64,000 nucleotides of DNA, taken from NCBI RefSeq assembly GCF_009914755.1, contig NC_060930.1; one strand, given 5' to 3'. The position numbers and the translations under genes are program-made. The stretch is from the human T2T-CHM13v2.0 reference genome, Homo sapiens. Below, in pieces: positions 38,983 to 53,254 of the stretch. Every line of letters begins with the position of its first letter. The first letter of the stretch is position 1. Under the pieces are notes generated by a model that was given only the letters and a program-made list of their open reading frames with translations, did not search any database and had not been told where the DNA came from.

Positions 38983-40749
38983 TACTCTCAGGACATTTCT
39001 AGTCCAAATTTACACCAACACTCTGAGAGGAAGGACTGCAAAGTAGGTACCTTAGTTTTCCACTGACTTCCACTTTTCCTGCTTACACCCTTCCTCCTAG
39101 ACCTCTCCACACCCCTCCTAGGACACACCTAGAAGGTACTGACATCATGTCACCTCCTCATCTTTCAGGGTAGCAAGGTTGGAATCTCCTGAATACAGCC
39201 CCTCAAGCCCTAAAACCTCTTATCTATTACCTTGGGTTCATTGTCCAGGAAGGGGAGGAGAACTTGAACTTGTAGTCACAGAAGGGTGCTGAGAACTAAC
39301 CAGCAGGACGGCTCAGCCCTGGGAACTGCAGAGGGGTGAGGCTGGGGAGAGAGGAGGCTGGAGCAGCACTGGTGACACTGAACAGTGTCAGGAGGAAGTG
39401 ACGGATGCAGCGCCCCCATCCCATAGGCAGAGCTGTCATGTGGGATGAGGGACAGTGTTGGGAGCCACCAAGGAAACCCAGAGGTGGGGGAGCAGAGAGC
39501 AGAAGGGGGCATGTGATGCTGGGCAGTGAAAGGGAGGACGGGCAAAGGCTGGGTTGAGGTTTGTAGGGGGAATGAGATGAGGCAGTGGAGCCATGTGACA
39601 GGGACTGAGGGTAGATTACTGGAGCTCCCTGCGTAGAATGAATGTTCAATCAAAACCTGCTGGAGGGAGAGCTGGAGCCATAGGGGAGTGGGTAAAGTGG
39701 GCAGGGCTGATTCCACAATTCCCTGCATGCTCCCCCAACTCCACACACATCCCCAACCTCAAACAGGGCACAAGACCAAAGGGCTGAGGAGCCAGGCTAT
39801 AGCTTAAAGAGGCTGGGGGAGAAAAGCTTGGCTGAGACAACCCATAGGGAGCTAGAGGTTTTTAATATATCCTATTCTGAATAAGAGACGAATTCATTCA
39901 GATCAGTGGTTTCAAACCGTGCTCTGGGCAACTCAATTGCTAAGGGTTCCACAAACAGGATAAAGTTTCTTATATACAAAAAAAAATGAAGGTTTCAAAT
40001 TACACCATAAAACCCCTCATTGCTTATGTCTACTTGGCAGGTAAAATTCCATTTCAAAAGTTAAATGTACTTAAAAAATTACCTAAGACTGGGTAAATTA
40101 AAAAAATTAAATGTTGCAAAGAAAAAATTCAAAATTCTTATTCTTGAATGAAAAACGTTCTCTTACTGGTGATTGAGGAGGAGAAACAAAGACTAACAAA
40201 TGAAAATGGGAGAATCCACACTCAGAGTGGGGCAATTGAACAGGCAGGGGCGGATGGATGGCAGAGGAGGAGGAATCTGGACTCAAGGAGCTGGGGGGCT
40301 CTGGGCCTGGAATTTTAGGGTCTGGGGCCCAAGGCACCAGGAGAAGAGGCAGGTCAGGATATCTGAGTCAAGACCTGGGATCTTGCCTTAGCAATGACAC
40401 TGGAGACTAAAGGTGGACTCCATGGTGCCCTTGAGCCCAGCCCTACCCCATCTCCACTATCCTCTGCCACCAGCTGTGCAACTTCTGCTAGGGGTGAGGT
40501 TAATAAACTGGAGAAGTTAATTTGTGGAGCATGAAACAGATGAGCAGAACAATCACAGCACCTTAATTTCCCCAGTGTGCCCAAGAACAGAGCAGGCCTG
40601 AAGATACTCAAACAGAAACAAACATGTGCCGTGTCACTGATAATTCTGTGTAGACACACACCTGCCAGACACTGCTCATGGCACTCCCTAGGAAGAACAG
40701 CATGTGGGAAAGGCTGCCAAAATTGTTCATGTAAAAATTACATCAATGC

Positions 40750-41262
40750 TGTCTTCCTCGGTGCTGCCTATGCAGCTGGCAGCCATCTCTTCCTCCACAT
40801 CATGGCCTCCCTCAGACTCCTCATGAAGGATAAGATCCTCAAAAAGAGGACCAACAAGTTCATGAGGCACCAATCAGACTGAAATGTCAAAATTAAGCAT
40901 AACTGGCGGAAACCCAGAGGTCTTAACAGTAGGGTTCGTAGAAGGTCCAAGGGCCAGATCTTGATGCCCAACATTGCTTATGGGAGCAACAACAACAACA
41001 AAAAAAACATGCTGCCCAGTGGCTTCCAGAAGTTTCTGGTCCACAGCCTCAAGGAGCTGAAAGTGCTGCTGATGTGCAACAAATCTTACTGTGCTGAGAT
41101 CGCTCACAAAATTTCCTCCAGAACTGCAAAGTCATCATGGAAAGAGTCACCCAGCCGGCCATCAGAGTCACCAACCCCAGTACCAGGGTGCACAGCTAAG
41201 AAAATGAGTAGAAAGTTCATGTCCACGTTTTGTGTGTAAATAAAACCATAAAAACTGCCAAA
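40750..41262 (+). pseudogene. RPL32P1: Processed ribosomal protein L32 pseudogene
   Basis: 5' TOP-like start, ATG at 40802, [24 protein letters not shown]...[14 protein letters not shown], poly(A). 17-bp TSD AAAAATTACATCAATGC (40733-40749, 41263-41279). Confidence 0.96.
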
Positions 41263-42022
41263 AAAAATTACATCAATGCCTCTAAACCCAAAGGACTCTA
41301 CCCCCACAGGTCCCTGGTTGTTGTGGTGATTTTCATTGTGTAAAATACTTTCCACATCTTTTGACACCAAGTCTTTCTGCAGCCATGTTTGAAAATTAAC
41401 TTTCAGGCTACAGAGTCTTTCTTATACCAAAGTTGAAGAAAGTTTTAAGAAATATATTTCTACATCTCCTACATGCAAAACAACAGGAGCAAGTTGAGGA
41501 ATTCTCAAGAAACTGGTCGAGAAGAGAGAGCGCTTAGCTATGGAAAAGAGAAAGAAGGAAGGGAGGGCTTCCTGGAGGAGGTGGCATTTGAACCAGGACT
41601 GACATCAGGATGGAAATGTCAGTCAGGGAGTTAAGTAGGGGGAGCAGCTCCGCCCTCCACGTCCCCAGCTCCTCCCGCCCCTGTTTTTTCTCCCAGTGAC
41701 CCCACGTGAAACGTCTCCGCCTCCTCCAGCCACCAGCAGAAGGGACTGCCTTCCCCTCAGTGCTCGCCCCTCCCTAGTGATCACTCAGTGCCCCTGAGCT
41801 CATTCTTTTCAGTAAATTCTCTCTCTGCGTGGTGAGAAAACAGGCCTGGAGAGGCTCTGCGACCCGCTTAGGACCACAGAACTCGGTACTAGGAAAACTC
41901 CTATTTTAAAATCCAGCCCTGGGTGGGAAGATTTGGGAAGAATCGTTAATATTGAGAGAGAGAGGGAGAAAGAGGATTAGATGAGAGTGGCGCCTCCGCT
42001 CATGTCCGCCCCCTCCCCGCAG

Positions 42023-42286
42023 AGAATTACCTTTTCCAGGGACGGCAGGAATGCTACGCGTTTAATGGGACACAGCGCTTCCTGGAGAGATACATCTACA
42101 ACCGGGAGGAGTTCGCGCGCTTCGACAGCGACGTGGGGGAGTTCCGGGCGGTGACGGAGCTGGGGCGGCCTGCTGCGGAGTACTGGAACAGCCAGAAGGA
42201 CATCCTGGAGGAGAAGCGGGCAGTGCCGGACAGGATGTGCAGACACAACTACGAGCTGGGCGGGCCCATGACCCTGCAGCGCCGAG
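42023..42286 (+). CDS. HLA-DPB1: HLA-DPB1 exon 2 (beta-1 domain), DPB1*04:01-type
   Basis: 264 nt; [88 protein letters not shown]; CpG-rich. Confidence 0.99.
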
Positions 42287-44766
42287 GTGAGTGAGGGCTT
42301 TGGGCCGGCGGTCCCAGGGCAGCCCCGCGGGCCCGTGCCCAGGGCGCAGGAGCAGCCGGGTTGGCCTAAGGGACCTTAGTGCCGGGCGGAAAGGGGACTT
42401 TGGGTTGGGGATTCATGGGGGGAGCCCATCTGGAGCTTGTCAGGGGAGCGAGCGCGGGGACCTGGACTGGGCTGAGCATGGAGTGAGGAGGACGAGAGCA
42501 GAGAGACCCCCGGGACTTCATCAGGCCTGGCAGCTGACTGCATGTGGGGTGAAAAAAGGAAGCCACAGGACAGCGCACAAGGGTATGGTGTGGAGATGGA
42601 GGTGGAGATGGCACAGCAGGCCACACAGAGAAGAAACCTACAGGGAGGTAGCTGGGTTTGAGGTGCTTGAGGGGCAGATGGGTGGTCTGATGGGCAGGTA
42701 GACAGAAGGGTCTGCAGCCGGGGAGGAGACTGAGATACATGAGACCATCCAGGGAGAGGGGACCCAGGGGGAAGAGCAAAGGACCGGATCCTGGGAACTG
42801 GACAGTTGTGATTTGGCCAAGACAGAAAAGCCTGTGAAAGAGACCAAAAAAACCCAAGTGCAGTGTGAGGAGAGGCCCGCAGAGAAGAGTCTTGGAAGCT
42901 GAGGGGAGGTGACCTCAGCAGCACAGTGGACAGCGGTGCCAGTGACTTGGGAAGGTCAGAAAACAGAAGATGGAAAGTGGGTTTGGAAACCAGGGAGACC
43001 TGGGGAGAGCAGGTTGGCCGCAGCGGCAGGAGCTGGAATGGGAGGGGGTGCATGAGGCTGAGTGTGGCGCATCCTCCTCGGGGCTGAGATGGATTTTACT
43101 TGTCTTGGGTTCCCCACGGCTGTCACAGGGCAGTGTCTCAGTTCATTCGTCTTTTTCCTTCAGGAAGTCTGGGTGTAAAGGGATGGAGAGAGGTGAGGTG
43201 TGTGCAGTAAGAGGATTTCTCAAGGATGGGACAGGAAGGCCTTGGAGCTTTGGCTTCCTCCTGTGAACTTGTGGGGTGGGGAGCCTGGTGCACCAACCTG
43301 AGGGACTTGAGGGAGTAGTATCAGGATGTGGGATTGAGCCCTGGACCTTTTTTCTAGAAAGAGGAAAAAAATGAAGGGAGGAGGAGGAGGAAGCTGGGGA
43401 GATCACACCTTTGATTTTCTTGTTCCTGGAAAGTGAAAGGAAGTTCACCTGCTATGAGTGAGAAGGTGGACACACTGGGTGGGGATGAGGTGAGTGACAT
43501 GAGCTTAGGAAAGTTGCTGAGGTAATTGGTTGAGAGAGGTGTTCAAATAAAAATAACGCAATTGGCAAAAACTGTTACTAAGACTTTGTAGAGGCACCAA
43601 TCAGTGACATGGCAGCATTTTCTTTCACAGTAATCAACTGCCAGATTGCAGACAGCCCTGATGCCAGCCTAAGGAGTGTGGGTTTCTCCTCCAGGCCCGC
43701 AGGTCCCCAACCTCACTCCTCTGAAGACTCTTCTGGAGATCCTCTGTGATGCACAGATCTCCAGACTCAGTGCCCCCAGACTCAGATTCCCTGGGTGGGG
43801 AGGTCTGGGGATCTCTGCTTGTAATCAGCTCCCTAGAGGTTCCCATGTAGCCAGATAAGTATTGTCAGAACACTGAAGATTTTTGAAAAATGAAAAAGAG
43901 AAGGTTGGAGATGTGTCTTCAGAAGACTACTAAGGGTGCTGGCTAGAGGAGGGACCAGAGGCAGGGAGATGAGGTAGGAAACTGCTATTATTTGTCAGGG
44001 AAATTGCAATCAAGGCATGAGTTAGAACAGGGAAAACACAGAGGCAAGGGAGAGGTGGAAGGGGGAGGAAAGAAGTAGTGACAATTCCAGGGTGGATGTC
44101 CACCCAAATCTAGAAGTAATTGAGCAAATGTTTTCTGGGCATTAGAGAAGGCAACTAGAACAAACAGGAATCCTTGCCTTGGTGAAATGTATTTGAACTG
44201 GGTCAGAAATGAGGCCATTGGGTATCAGGCCTTAACTCCAGCGCACCCTGGAGGTCACTGATGTGGCTCCAGGCTGACCTGCTCCTGTCAAAGAATATTG
44301 AGCAAGATGCCTCTCGTGGAATGTTCTGGGACCTTAAAACAGATACCCAAGTATTCCCCCTGATTTCATGGTTCCCAGAAGCTCTATGGGGAAGAAATTG
44401 TAGGTAATTCACAACTGAGATTTAGACATAAGTTGAATAGTGTAATGGACATTGAGTTAACCGAGGTAATGAAGTAGTGAGACACAGGTGCCCCTGAAAT
44501 AAACTCACATTGAGGGAAGAGGCTGACAATGTGGATCAGTCTGAAAACAAGGCAAAAATACAATAGGGAGTAAGGGTTGTGTGTCAGTTCAAGACTGTAC
44601 TTTTACCTGGCCCAGCGCCATGTTAGGGTATTTGTGTTCTCCAGGAAGTAGAAAGGAAAGAACTGAGTGATTAGGGACCTAGAAGACTAATTTGAGACAT
44701 TCCTCTTGATGAGCTGTTCTCTAGGGTAGTCCTCTGAAAGAGCTGTTCTCTAGTGGATCTCCCTGA

Positions 44767-45119
<353 letters not shown>

Positions 45120-45853
45120 TTTTCTGCTTTCTGAGGAGGAAAAAGGTACTGGTGGCAGAGATCCAAAAGAAAAGTTGCCAGTGGCAGTGTGGAAATTCAC
45201 CTGAGAACAACAGGACAAGCTGGGGCACAAATGCAAAGATGCAGAGGGAGGCAACACCTGGTCATCTGTGAGACCTTCATGGGACCTGAAGACGCAGCAC
45301 AGAGGAGGAACTTGAAAAAGGACGGGATTTCTACTACTCAAGCATGTAGGAGCTCAGGATATTCTGTAAATATGAAGATTTTGAGTTTTTGTAGGTGAGG
45401 TAAAAAAATACATAGGTTTTTTACAGAATAAGACATGTAAAGCTCTCTTCATTTTCTTTGTATTTTCATGAAGTTATTAGATTCACAGGCCACCATAATG
45501 CCATTGTCTGTATATCTTAATTTCAAGATATTATTTGAGTAAATTTTGCTTCCTTTGTATCAAGATAGAACTTTGAAAAGGTAGGTAATTTCACAGTTGA
45601 TCAAATATTCTTTGCCCAAATTACTTTTGGTTAAAATTTCTCCTAAATGTGCTACAGAGTGCAAACTCTGTCTCCCTGCCATTCCGCTATATACTTACTA
45701 ACTATTATTTTATTCAAGATCATGCATGCTCTACTTGAAGGTCTATTTCTATCTTTTCAATGCTACCCTTACCCACTAGCCTAATCACATTATTCCTATT
45801 TTCAACATCTAGGAATCAATTACATAGTGAACATGCCTAAGAAATAATAATCT

Positions 45854-46262
<409 letters not shown>

Positions 46263-46300
46263 TCAAATTCTATTTCATTATTTTTCTTCCACGCTCCTAG

Positions 46301-46582
46301 TCCAGCCTAGGGTGAATGTTTCCCCCTCCAAGAAGGGGCCCTTGCAGCACCACAACCTGCTTGTCTGCCACGTGACGGATTTCTACCCAGGCAGCATTCA
46401 AGTCCGATGGTTCCTGAATGGACAGGAGGAAACAGCTGGGGTCGTGTCCACCAACCTGATCCGTAATGGAGACTGGACCTTCCAGATCCTGGTGATGCTG
46501 GAAATGACCCCCCAGCAGGGAGATGTCTACACCTGCCAAGTGGAGCACACCAGCCTGGATAGTCCTGTCACCGTGGAGTGGA
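46301..46582 (+). CDS. HLA-DPB1: HLA-DPB1 exon 3 (beta-2 Ig domain)
   Basis: 282 nt; [31 protein letters not shown]...[18 protein letters not shown]. Confidence 0.99.
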
Positions 46583-47129
46583 GTGAGTCTCTGATGACCC
46601 TCTAGACCCCACCTCTGAAGAGCAGGGGACTCTCTGGCTCTGGGGTCCACTCATCTTATCTTCTGCATCTATACCCTGGGGCCATGTCCAAACCCCATCT
46701 TTCTTCTATACCAGCTCCTGAGCATAGTTTGAAGCCAGGGAAATGGAGACTTCCTGACCTTGGCTTAGGGGTTCCTGAAGATTCATAGTTCTCCCCCTTG
46801 TCAGAGAATCTAGGGACACTGACTGGTCTCGAAACCCTCACACTTAGGAACTGACCTCACACATAGGAACAGTTCTCTTCCTTCAGCATTTTAGCCTCTT
46901 CTCAGGCATTTTGAGAGGCAACTTCCAGAATCAGCATTTGCCACCTTGTTGAGGTCACACCCCTGTTCCAGATATGAGGGTGGCTCTTTCTGAATTTCCT
47001 CTTAGCAAGCTTTTTCCGCTGCACTGTCCTCATCCCGATATGCTGCATCAGGCTCCAGAATCTCAGACAGGACATGAGTAGGGATGCAGCTGGTGGAGGT
47101 GACACTAAACCTGGGTCTGTCCTTCCCAG

Positions 47130-47240
47130 AGGCACAGTCTGATTCTGCCCGGAGTAAGACATTGACGGGAGCTGGGGGCTTCGTGCTGGGGCTCATCATC
47201 TGTGGAGTGGGCATCTTCATGCACAGGAGGAGCAAGAAAG
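47130..47240 (+). CDS. HLA-DPB1: HLA-DPB1 exon 4 (TM)
   Basis: 111 nt; [37 protein letters not shown]. Confidence 0.99.
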
Positions 47241-47569
47241 GTGAGAAAGCCTGCAGGGTGAGCGGGACTTACCTTCCCCTGGCATATTCACACTTATTCC
47301 ACGATGAGGGGTTTGACAGAAAAGAAATGTCAGAAAGCTCTAGAGGCCACTGATATCAGATAATCGGGGAACAAACATGACCTATAGCGAGAGAGGGATC
47401 CCAGGCTGGGATCTTAATGCAGCCAGATGCATGAGGTCCCAAGTACTCAGGCTCCTGCGGAGCGTCCATTGAGTGATGGGCAATGGAATTTGGTGGGATG
47501 GAAATGTTTCTCTAATTATCTGAGGTGGTTTCAATGGCTGATTATATAACCTTTCGTCTTTCATTTCAG

Positions 47570-47589
47570 TTCAACGAGGATCTGCATAA
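47570..47589 (+). CDS. HLA-DPB1: HLA-DPB1 exon 5 coding part (cytoplasmic tail, stop)
   Basis: VQRGSA*; exon ends at 47593. Total CDS 100+264+282+111+20=777 nt (258 aa). Confidence 0.97.
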
Positions 47590-47889
47590 ACAGGTAATAT
47601 TCCTGCTTTGATTTCCTTGTGGGGTGGGTTGCAGGAGGATATGAGTCCTTTCTGTGCATTGTAACACTGAGGCTCCTCCAGGAAGGGAATCTCAGGCATG
47701 AACCCCTCTTTCAATGTCAGCCTTCAGGCAAGTGGGGAAAGAGCATTGCTTGGCTCCATTGCTGAAGGAAGCAGAGATCAACTCTGTTATTTATCAGCCT
47801 GAGACGCATCCTCTCACCATAATTTTTCTCTCCTGGACTTACAGGAAGGAGGCTGGCAACCTGGGATAACTTGTCTTTTACCCCCACAG

Positions 47890-50800
47890 GGTTCCTGAGC
47901 TCACTGAAAAGACTATTGTGCCTTAGGAAAAGCATTTGCTGTGTTTCGTTAGCATCTGGCTCCAGGACAGACCTTCAACTTCCAAATTGGATACTGCTGC
48001 CAAGAAGTTGCTCTGAAGTCAGTTTCTATCATTCTGCTCTTTGATTCAAAGCACTGTTTCTCTCACTGGGCCTCCAACCATGTTCCCTTCTTCTTAGCAC
48101 CACAAATAATCAAAACCCAACATGACTGTTTGTTTTCCTTTAAAAATATGCACCAAATCATCTCTCATCACTTTTCTCTGAGGGTTTTAGTAGACAGTAG
48201 GAGTTAATAAAGAAGTTCATTTTGGTTTAAACATAGGAAAGAAGAGAACCATGAAAATGGGGATATGTTAACTATTGTATAATGGGGCCTGTTACACATG
48301 ACACTCTTCTGAATTGACTGTATTTCAGTGAGCTGCCCCCAAATCAAGTTTAGTGCCCTCATCCATTTATGTCTCAGACCACTATTCTTAACTATTCAAT
48401 GGTGAGCAGACTGCAAATCTGCCTGATAGGACCCATATTCCCACAGCACTAATTCAACATATACCTTACTGAGAGCATGTTTTATCATTACCATTAAGAA
48501 GTTAAATGAACATCAGAATTTAAAATCATAAATATAATCTAATACACTTTAACCATTTTCTTTGTGTGCCATCACAAATACTCCTTAACCAAATACGGCT
48601 TGGACTTTTGAATGCATCCAATAGACGTCATTTGTCGTCTAAGTCTGCATTCATCCACCAGCCTAGGCCTCCTGTCTTAATTTTCATACAGACAGAAATG
48701 ACTCCCCACTGGGGAAAGAGCAAAGCAATACATGTAGCACTCTTTTTCAAACACTGGTCTTTTTTTTTTTCTTAACAATCCAACATTGTTATGTGTTTTG
48801 CGTCTCATATTGACACCTTTTGGTCAAGGTAGAGGACATGTTTGTTGTAAGCTTTCTTTTTCGTGTAGAGGATGGATTCTTCACTCCTGATACACACAAT
48901 CAGTGCACAGCAGCTCTCTTATACATCCAGTTGATGCCTTCAGTCTCCCTGGCTTCTTACAAGCATCTTCTGGGCCTTGTGTGTCCCTGGGCACCTGTCC
49001 CTGGTCAATTCCCGAAAGCTACTGTGCTCCTCTTGCCCATCTCCCCTTGCAAATAATATCTTCCATCGGGGGACCGGCTTCCTCCAATTTCAGGAGAGGT
49101 GGGGCTGAAGGCACAGACTTGGGCGTCACTGGCACAGATATAAGTAAATACAGCTGGAGTCTGCAGAGAGGCTGGACTGAGTCAGGGAGTCAGGAAAGAG
49201 AAGCCACACACAAGGACAACCAATCATGTTTCTCATAATCTTCTTAACCTAGGGAATAGGACACAATCATTTTTTCTTTTTAAAACATCTTTATCCCTGA
49301 TCAGCCTCATTTCCTCAAAAACTATAAAGGAAAATGCTGCTGACTTGTTTTTGCGTAGTAATTTCAGCTGTCACATAATAAGCTAAGGAAGACAGTATAT
49401 AGTAAATAAGGACCCTTTATCTGTCTTATTTTCCCTTTTGGCTTCACAGGAAACTTGTGAGAAACCTATGCAGCATAAAATTAATATGATTTCAATCCAG
49501 GGATTCAACGATGGAAGGAGGTCATGAGAATAGCAGAAAGTCTTCAAATCGAGATCATTATGAAATCCTCAGACCCAGAGCACATAAATCCTACCCTCAG
49601 AGTCACTGAGCAGTTAACATTACAAATTACAAACCATATCCAGTCAGAGTCATTCTCTTTCCTGCTTGTCTCCTGTACTCATGTTACAGGTTAGGGCAGT
49701 ACCCCGAGTGGAGTGAACAATCTCTGGACTAACACTTGTCAGGATCAGAAGCTGAGGTATCTGCACCCACATTACAGGAACAGGATATGTGCTCCTAGGG
49801 AACTGAGGGTGTCAGGAGATGAGGAATGTCCCTGGAGTCACAGAAAGAAGGTATCAGATGTGTCTCACTCTGACATATGCAGGTGTTTATGAAACTCTGG
49901 GATTTCTAAGGAAGGATGCAGTGCAGAGACAGGTCCCAGAGGAGACAAGAGCTGAGAGACCATCCAAACTGGGACCACCTTGTCACTAGACTTCAAATTT
50001 TCAATATTGATAGAGTGTTTTCTAAGAGTCAGGCCCTTTGCTGAGTGCTATGTGCAGCAGGATCAAAGGCAGCCAGGAGGTAGAGGAGTCTTGAGGTACA
50101 TCAGTCATTGGAGTTGAAGAGCAGAGATTCAAAGGAAAGTTGGAACTGGAGCTTTAAAGGAGATGTGAAGTGGGTGACTCAACCTCTGACTCAGAAAAAT
50201 TGATACCTGCAGAAGAAAAAACCCGGCGGGCTTAGGACTCCCAGCTGAGTGTTGTATCCTCCATCCCTTTCCACCTGGTCCCTTCATTTTCTACCCCTCA
50301 CAGTTCCCTAACGAGAAGGTGGTCCACCCAACAGACAACACTGCCTCAGATGGTTATCAAGGGGTACCCTAAGAAGAAATCATCTCACCCTCTCTTTGTC
50401 CCCATTTGTCAAGTAGCAGTGAGGCCGAGCCAGGGGATGGTGAAAGTGGAAGGAGGTGGGAGTTGGGCATCGGGTGTGAAGATGCTCTTGAAAGGGGTTT
50501 TAATAACCACTTGCTACCAGGCCAGTGAACACTTACCATAGTTGATGCCTTTTGAGCATGTTGCATTGTAAACTGTCCCTGAAATTACTGTGCACTTGGC
50601 TTATGGGATGAAACATCCTCCTAGTTCTTTTGTCTCTCAGCTTCTCTGAAGTCTCATTGAGCACCTTCTCTTCAATTTCTTTTACACAGTAAGAATAGGA
50701 TCAGCTGTGCTAAACTAACAAATACCCAGATATCCAGGTTTGGCTCATGTTACACGTCCAAAGTAAGTCATGCAGGAAGCTCTGCTCATCATCGTACTCA

Positions 50801-51045
50801 GGAAGTCAGGCTGACAGTCTTTCTCCTGCACATCTGCTCCCAGAACCTCCCCAGCAGAATGAAGGGAACCTAAGAATTTATTCACTGGCTTTTAATGATC
50901 CCTCCTAGAAAGAACACACTTCTCGCATTTCATTTTCCAATGTAAATCATATGGCTGCAACTAACTTCAAATAAGTGGGAATACTTGAAGGTGGAAAACA
51001 TTTAAGAAGTACACACTAAATAAATAATAAAATACTTCTACAAGA
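47890..51045 (+). other. HLA-DPB1: HLA-DPB1 exon 6 (3'UTR, short and long forms)
   Basis: Acceptor ccacag|GGTTCCTGAGC; AATAAA at 48206-48211; a distal AATAAA cluster near 51018-51032 (long form inferred). Confidence 0.8.
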
Positions 51046-53103
51046 GATATTTATGGAGGACCTACTGTGTACCAGGAGCAATGCTAGGCATTATGGATAT
51101 CAGCAGCCTTTGGCTCCTGAAAAGCTTACACACTACCTCCTGGCCTAAGGAGGGGCACAGGGATGCTGGCAACAGTCTATTTCTTCACCCGGGTACTAGT
51201 TACATGGGTGCTTGCGGTGATAACCATTCAACGTACATTCTATTGGTTTGTGTGTTTCTTCCAAATGTCCCCTAGTTCACAATAGAAAGGGCTTAAATAG
51301 AGAAGTAAAGGAGAATTTGGGAATTTGAAGCAAAAGCAAGAAGCCACTGAATCAAGCACAAATATTGAGCTTTGATAAAGATTGGAATAAGAAACATAAT
51401 AAATGAGACAAGAAATAGGACTTTTGCAACTGAAGTGTAATTAATAAACAAAAAGCCAAACTGAGAAACTGTCCCAAGGACAATATGATCGAGTAAACAA
51501 TAGAAAATGTAAAGGACAAGTGAAGAGAAATGAAGGATAGAAACAGACATCTGACATCTTAATAATTAGACGTCTAGAAAGTCAGGGAAATAGTGGAGGA
51601 AGAGGAAATAACTGAAAACATAATAGATGTTTAGTCTTTATAGAAAGATGAAATAAGTTCATTCAAAATGCTGCATAGAATGTCAGACTGTTAAACAATT
51701 TTGTTAGAGTAAAATGACTGTAAACAAATGAGCTAATTATGTGAATTAAGAGGATGGAAAAGCAGAAAAACAGCAAAAAGAAAATACATGTAAATAATAA
51801 GGACAAAAGCTGAATTCAATGAAATATAAAAATAGAGAAGATAAAATCAAATTTTGAGGCAATGAAAACTTTAATGAGACCTCTGGCAAGACTCCTAAGG
51901 AAAATACAGGAGATTCAGAACGAAAAGGGTAAATGACATTTATACACATTTTAAAATGCAAAATCTTACGACCAACTCTATACATATAAATTTGAAAATT
52001 TAGATAAAACGGATACGTTTCTAGAAAGATATAAAGGTCAAAACTACAGGAAGAAATAGAAAACTAAAATAGAGTAGAGAATATCAAAGAAATTGTCATG
52101 GGAAGCAAAGAATCGCCTTCCAAAGGGCCCTGTCCTGATCTTATTGCAGATGAGGGTGTCCTCCCACATTTCCAGGAGCAGATCATGCCTCTTACACGTG
52201 TGATTCTAGAACATAGAATGGAACAGAATTTTTGAGATCATTTTATGAGGTTGGTTCATTTATATTTCCAGAGCCAGCTAAGAATAGTACAGGAGAACAG
52301 GATTGTGGACTAATTTTAGCCATGTCACTGAATCCAACAGTACATTATAAAAACAATACGTTTTGACCAATTTTAGATTTATTCTAGGAATGCAATGATT
52401 CTTCAGTGTCAGAAAATATATAATGTGGTTAACACATTAGTGGACTCCGCAAAATTCATATTAATTTAAACTGAATTCAGCTCAAGACATAGACAGAATT
52501 TAATCAATTTCATGACATGTTAAAGGTAGTGAACCAAAAATCTATAGCATATATATTTCAAAGAAATGAGGTGGATTGCCTTTGAGATTGTGCAAAAGAT
52601 AGGATGTCCTTCGTTGCTGGAAATGTTTAACATAGCATTGGAAGTTCTGAACATCACTCTGCGGGCAGAAGAAAATTAAGGCTGTGTAAAATGTAGGAAG
52701 ACAGATAGTGACTGCAGATGAAATAATCTAAATACTGGACAAGACTGCAGCCACTGCAGGCCCAAAGCCTGGGTTTAAATCCAAGCTTTGCACTTTGAAG
52801 CTGTGTGGTCTTCACCTCTCCCGGTGTCTGATTCCTGCTCTGTAACATGAAATAAATAAGAACCAACCTCCAGATGTAAATAAGTGAACACATGAGAAGC
52901 ACTTAGAATAGTGCCTAGAACATAGTAAGCAACTCAATGAATGTCATTTCTCATTACATTTGTTAATGTTTTTATCCAGCCCAATGGCAGTAAAACATCA
53001 ATGCTCAAAGAGCCCCTGGTGAAGTGTTTCTCTTTCCCACTCTTCACCCCTAACTTGTTACCTCGTCTTTTCCACTCTGTCCCTAATACACCTATAGGAT
53101 GAC

Positions 53104-53254
53104 TCATAGGAGCCCCTGGACCCGGGGATGCTGTCAGATCGCTTGGTCTTTGAGACAATGGTGCCATTAAGGACCCCCGCCAGGCCCACCAGCAGGCCGA
53201 GGGCACAGACCAGCATCTCCATGGTCTCAGGCACCTGGATTAGTTCATGGACCT
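53104..53254 (-). pseudogene. HLA-DPA2: HLA-DPA2 exon 4 homolog
   Basis: EVHELIQVPETMEMLVCALGLLVGLAGVLNGTIV; a frameshift puts the ancestral TGA (53104-53106) out of frame. Confidence 0.93.

Noticed and set aside
42366-43053. 225-aa and 163-aa antisense ORFs in DPB1 intron 2
   Set aside because: Pro/Ser/Leu-rich translation of a purine-rich intron with no recognisable domain.
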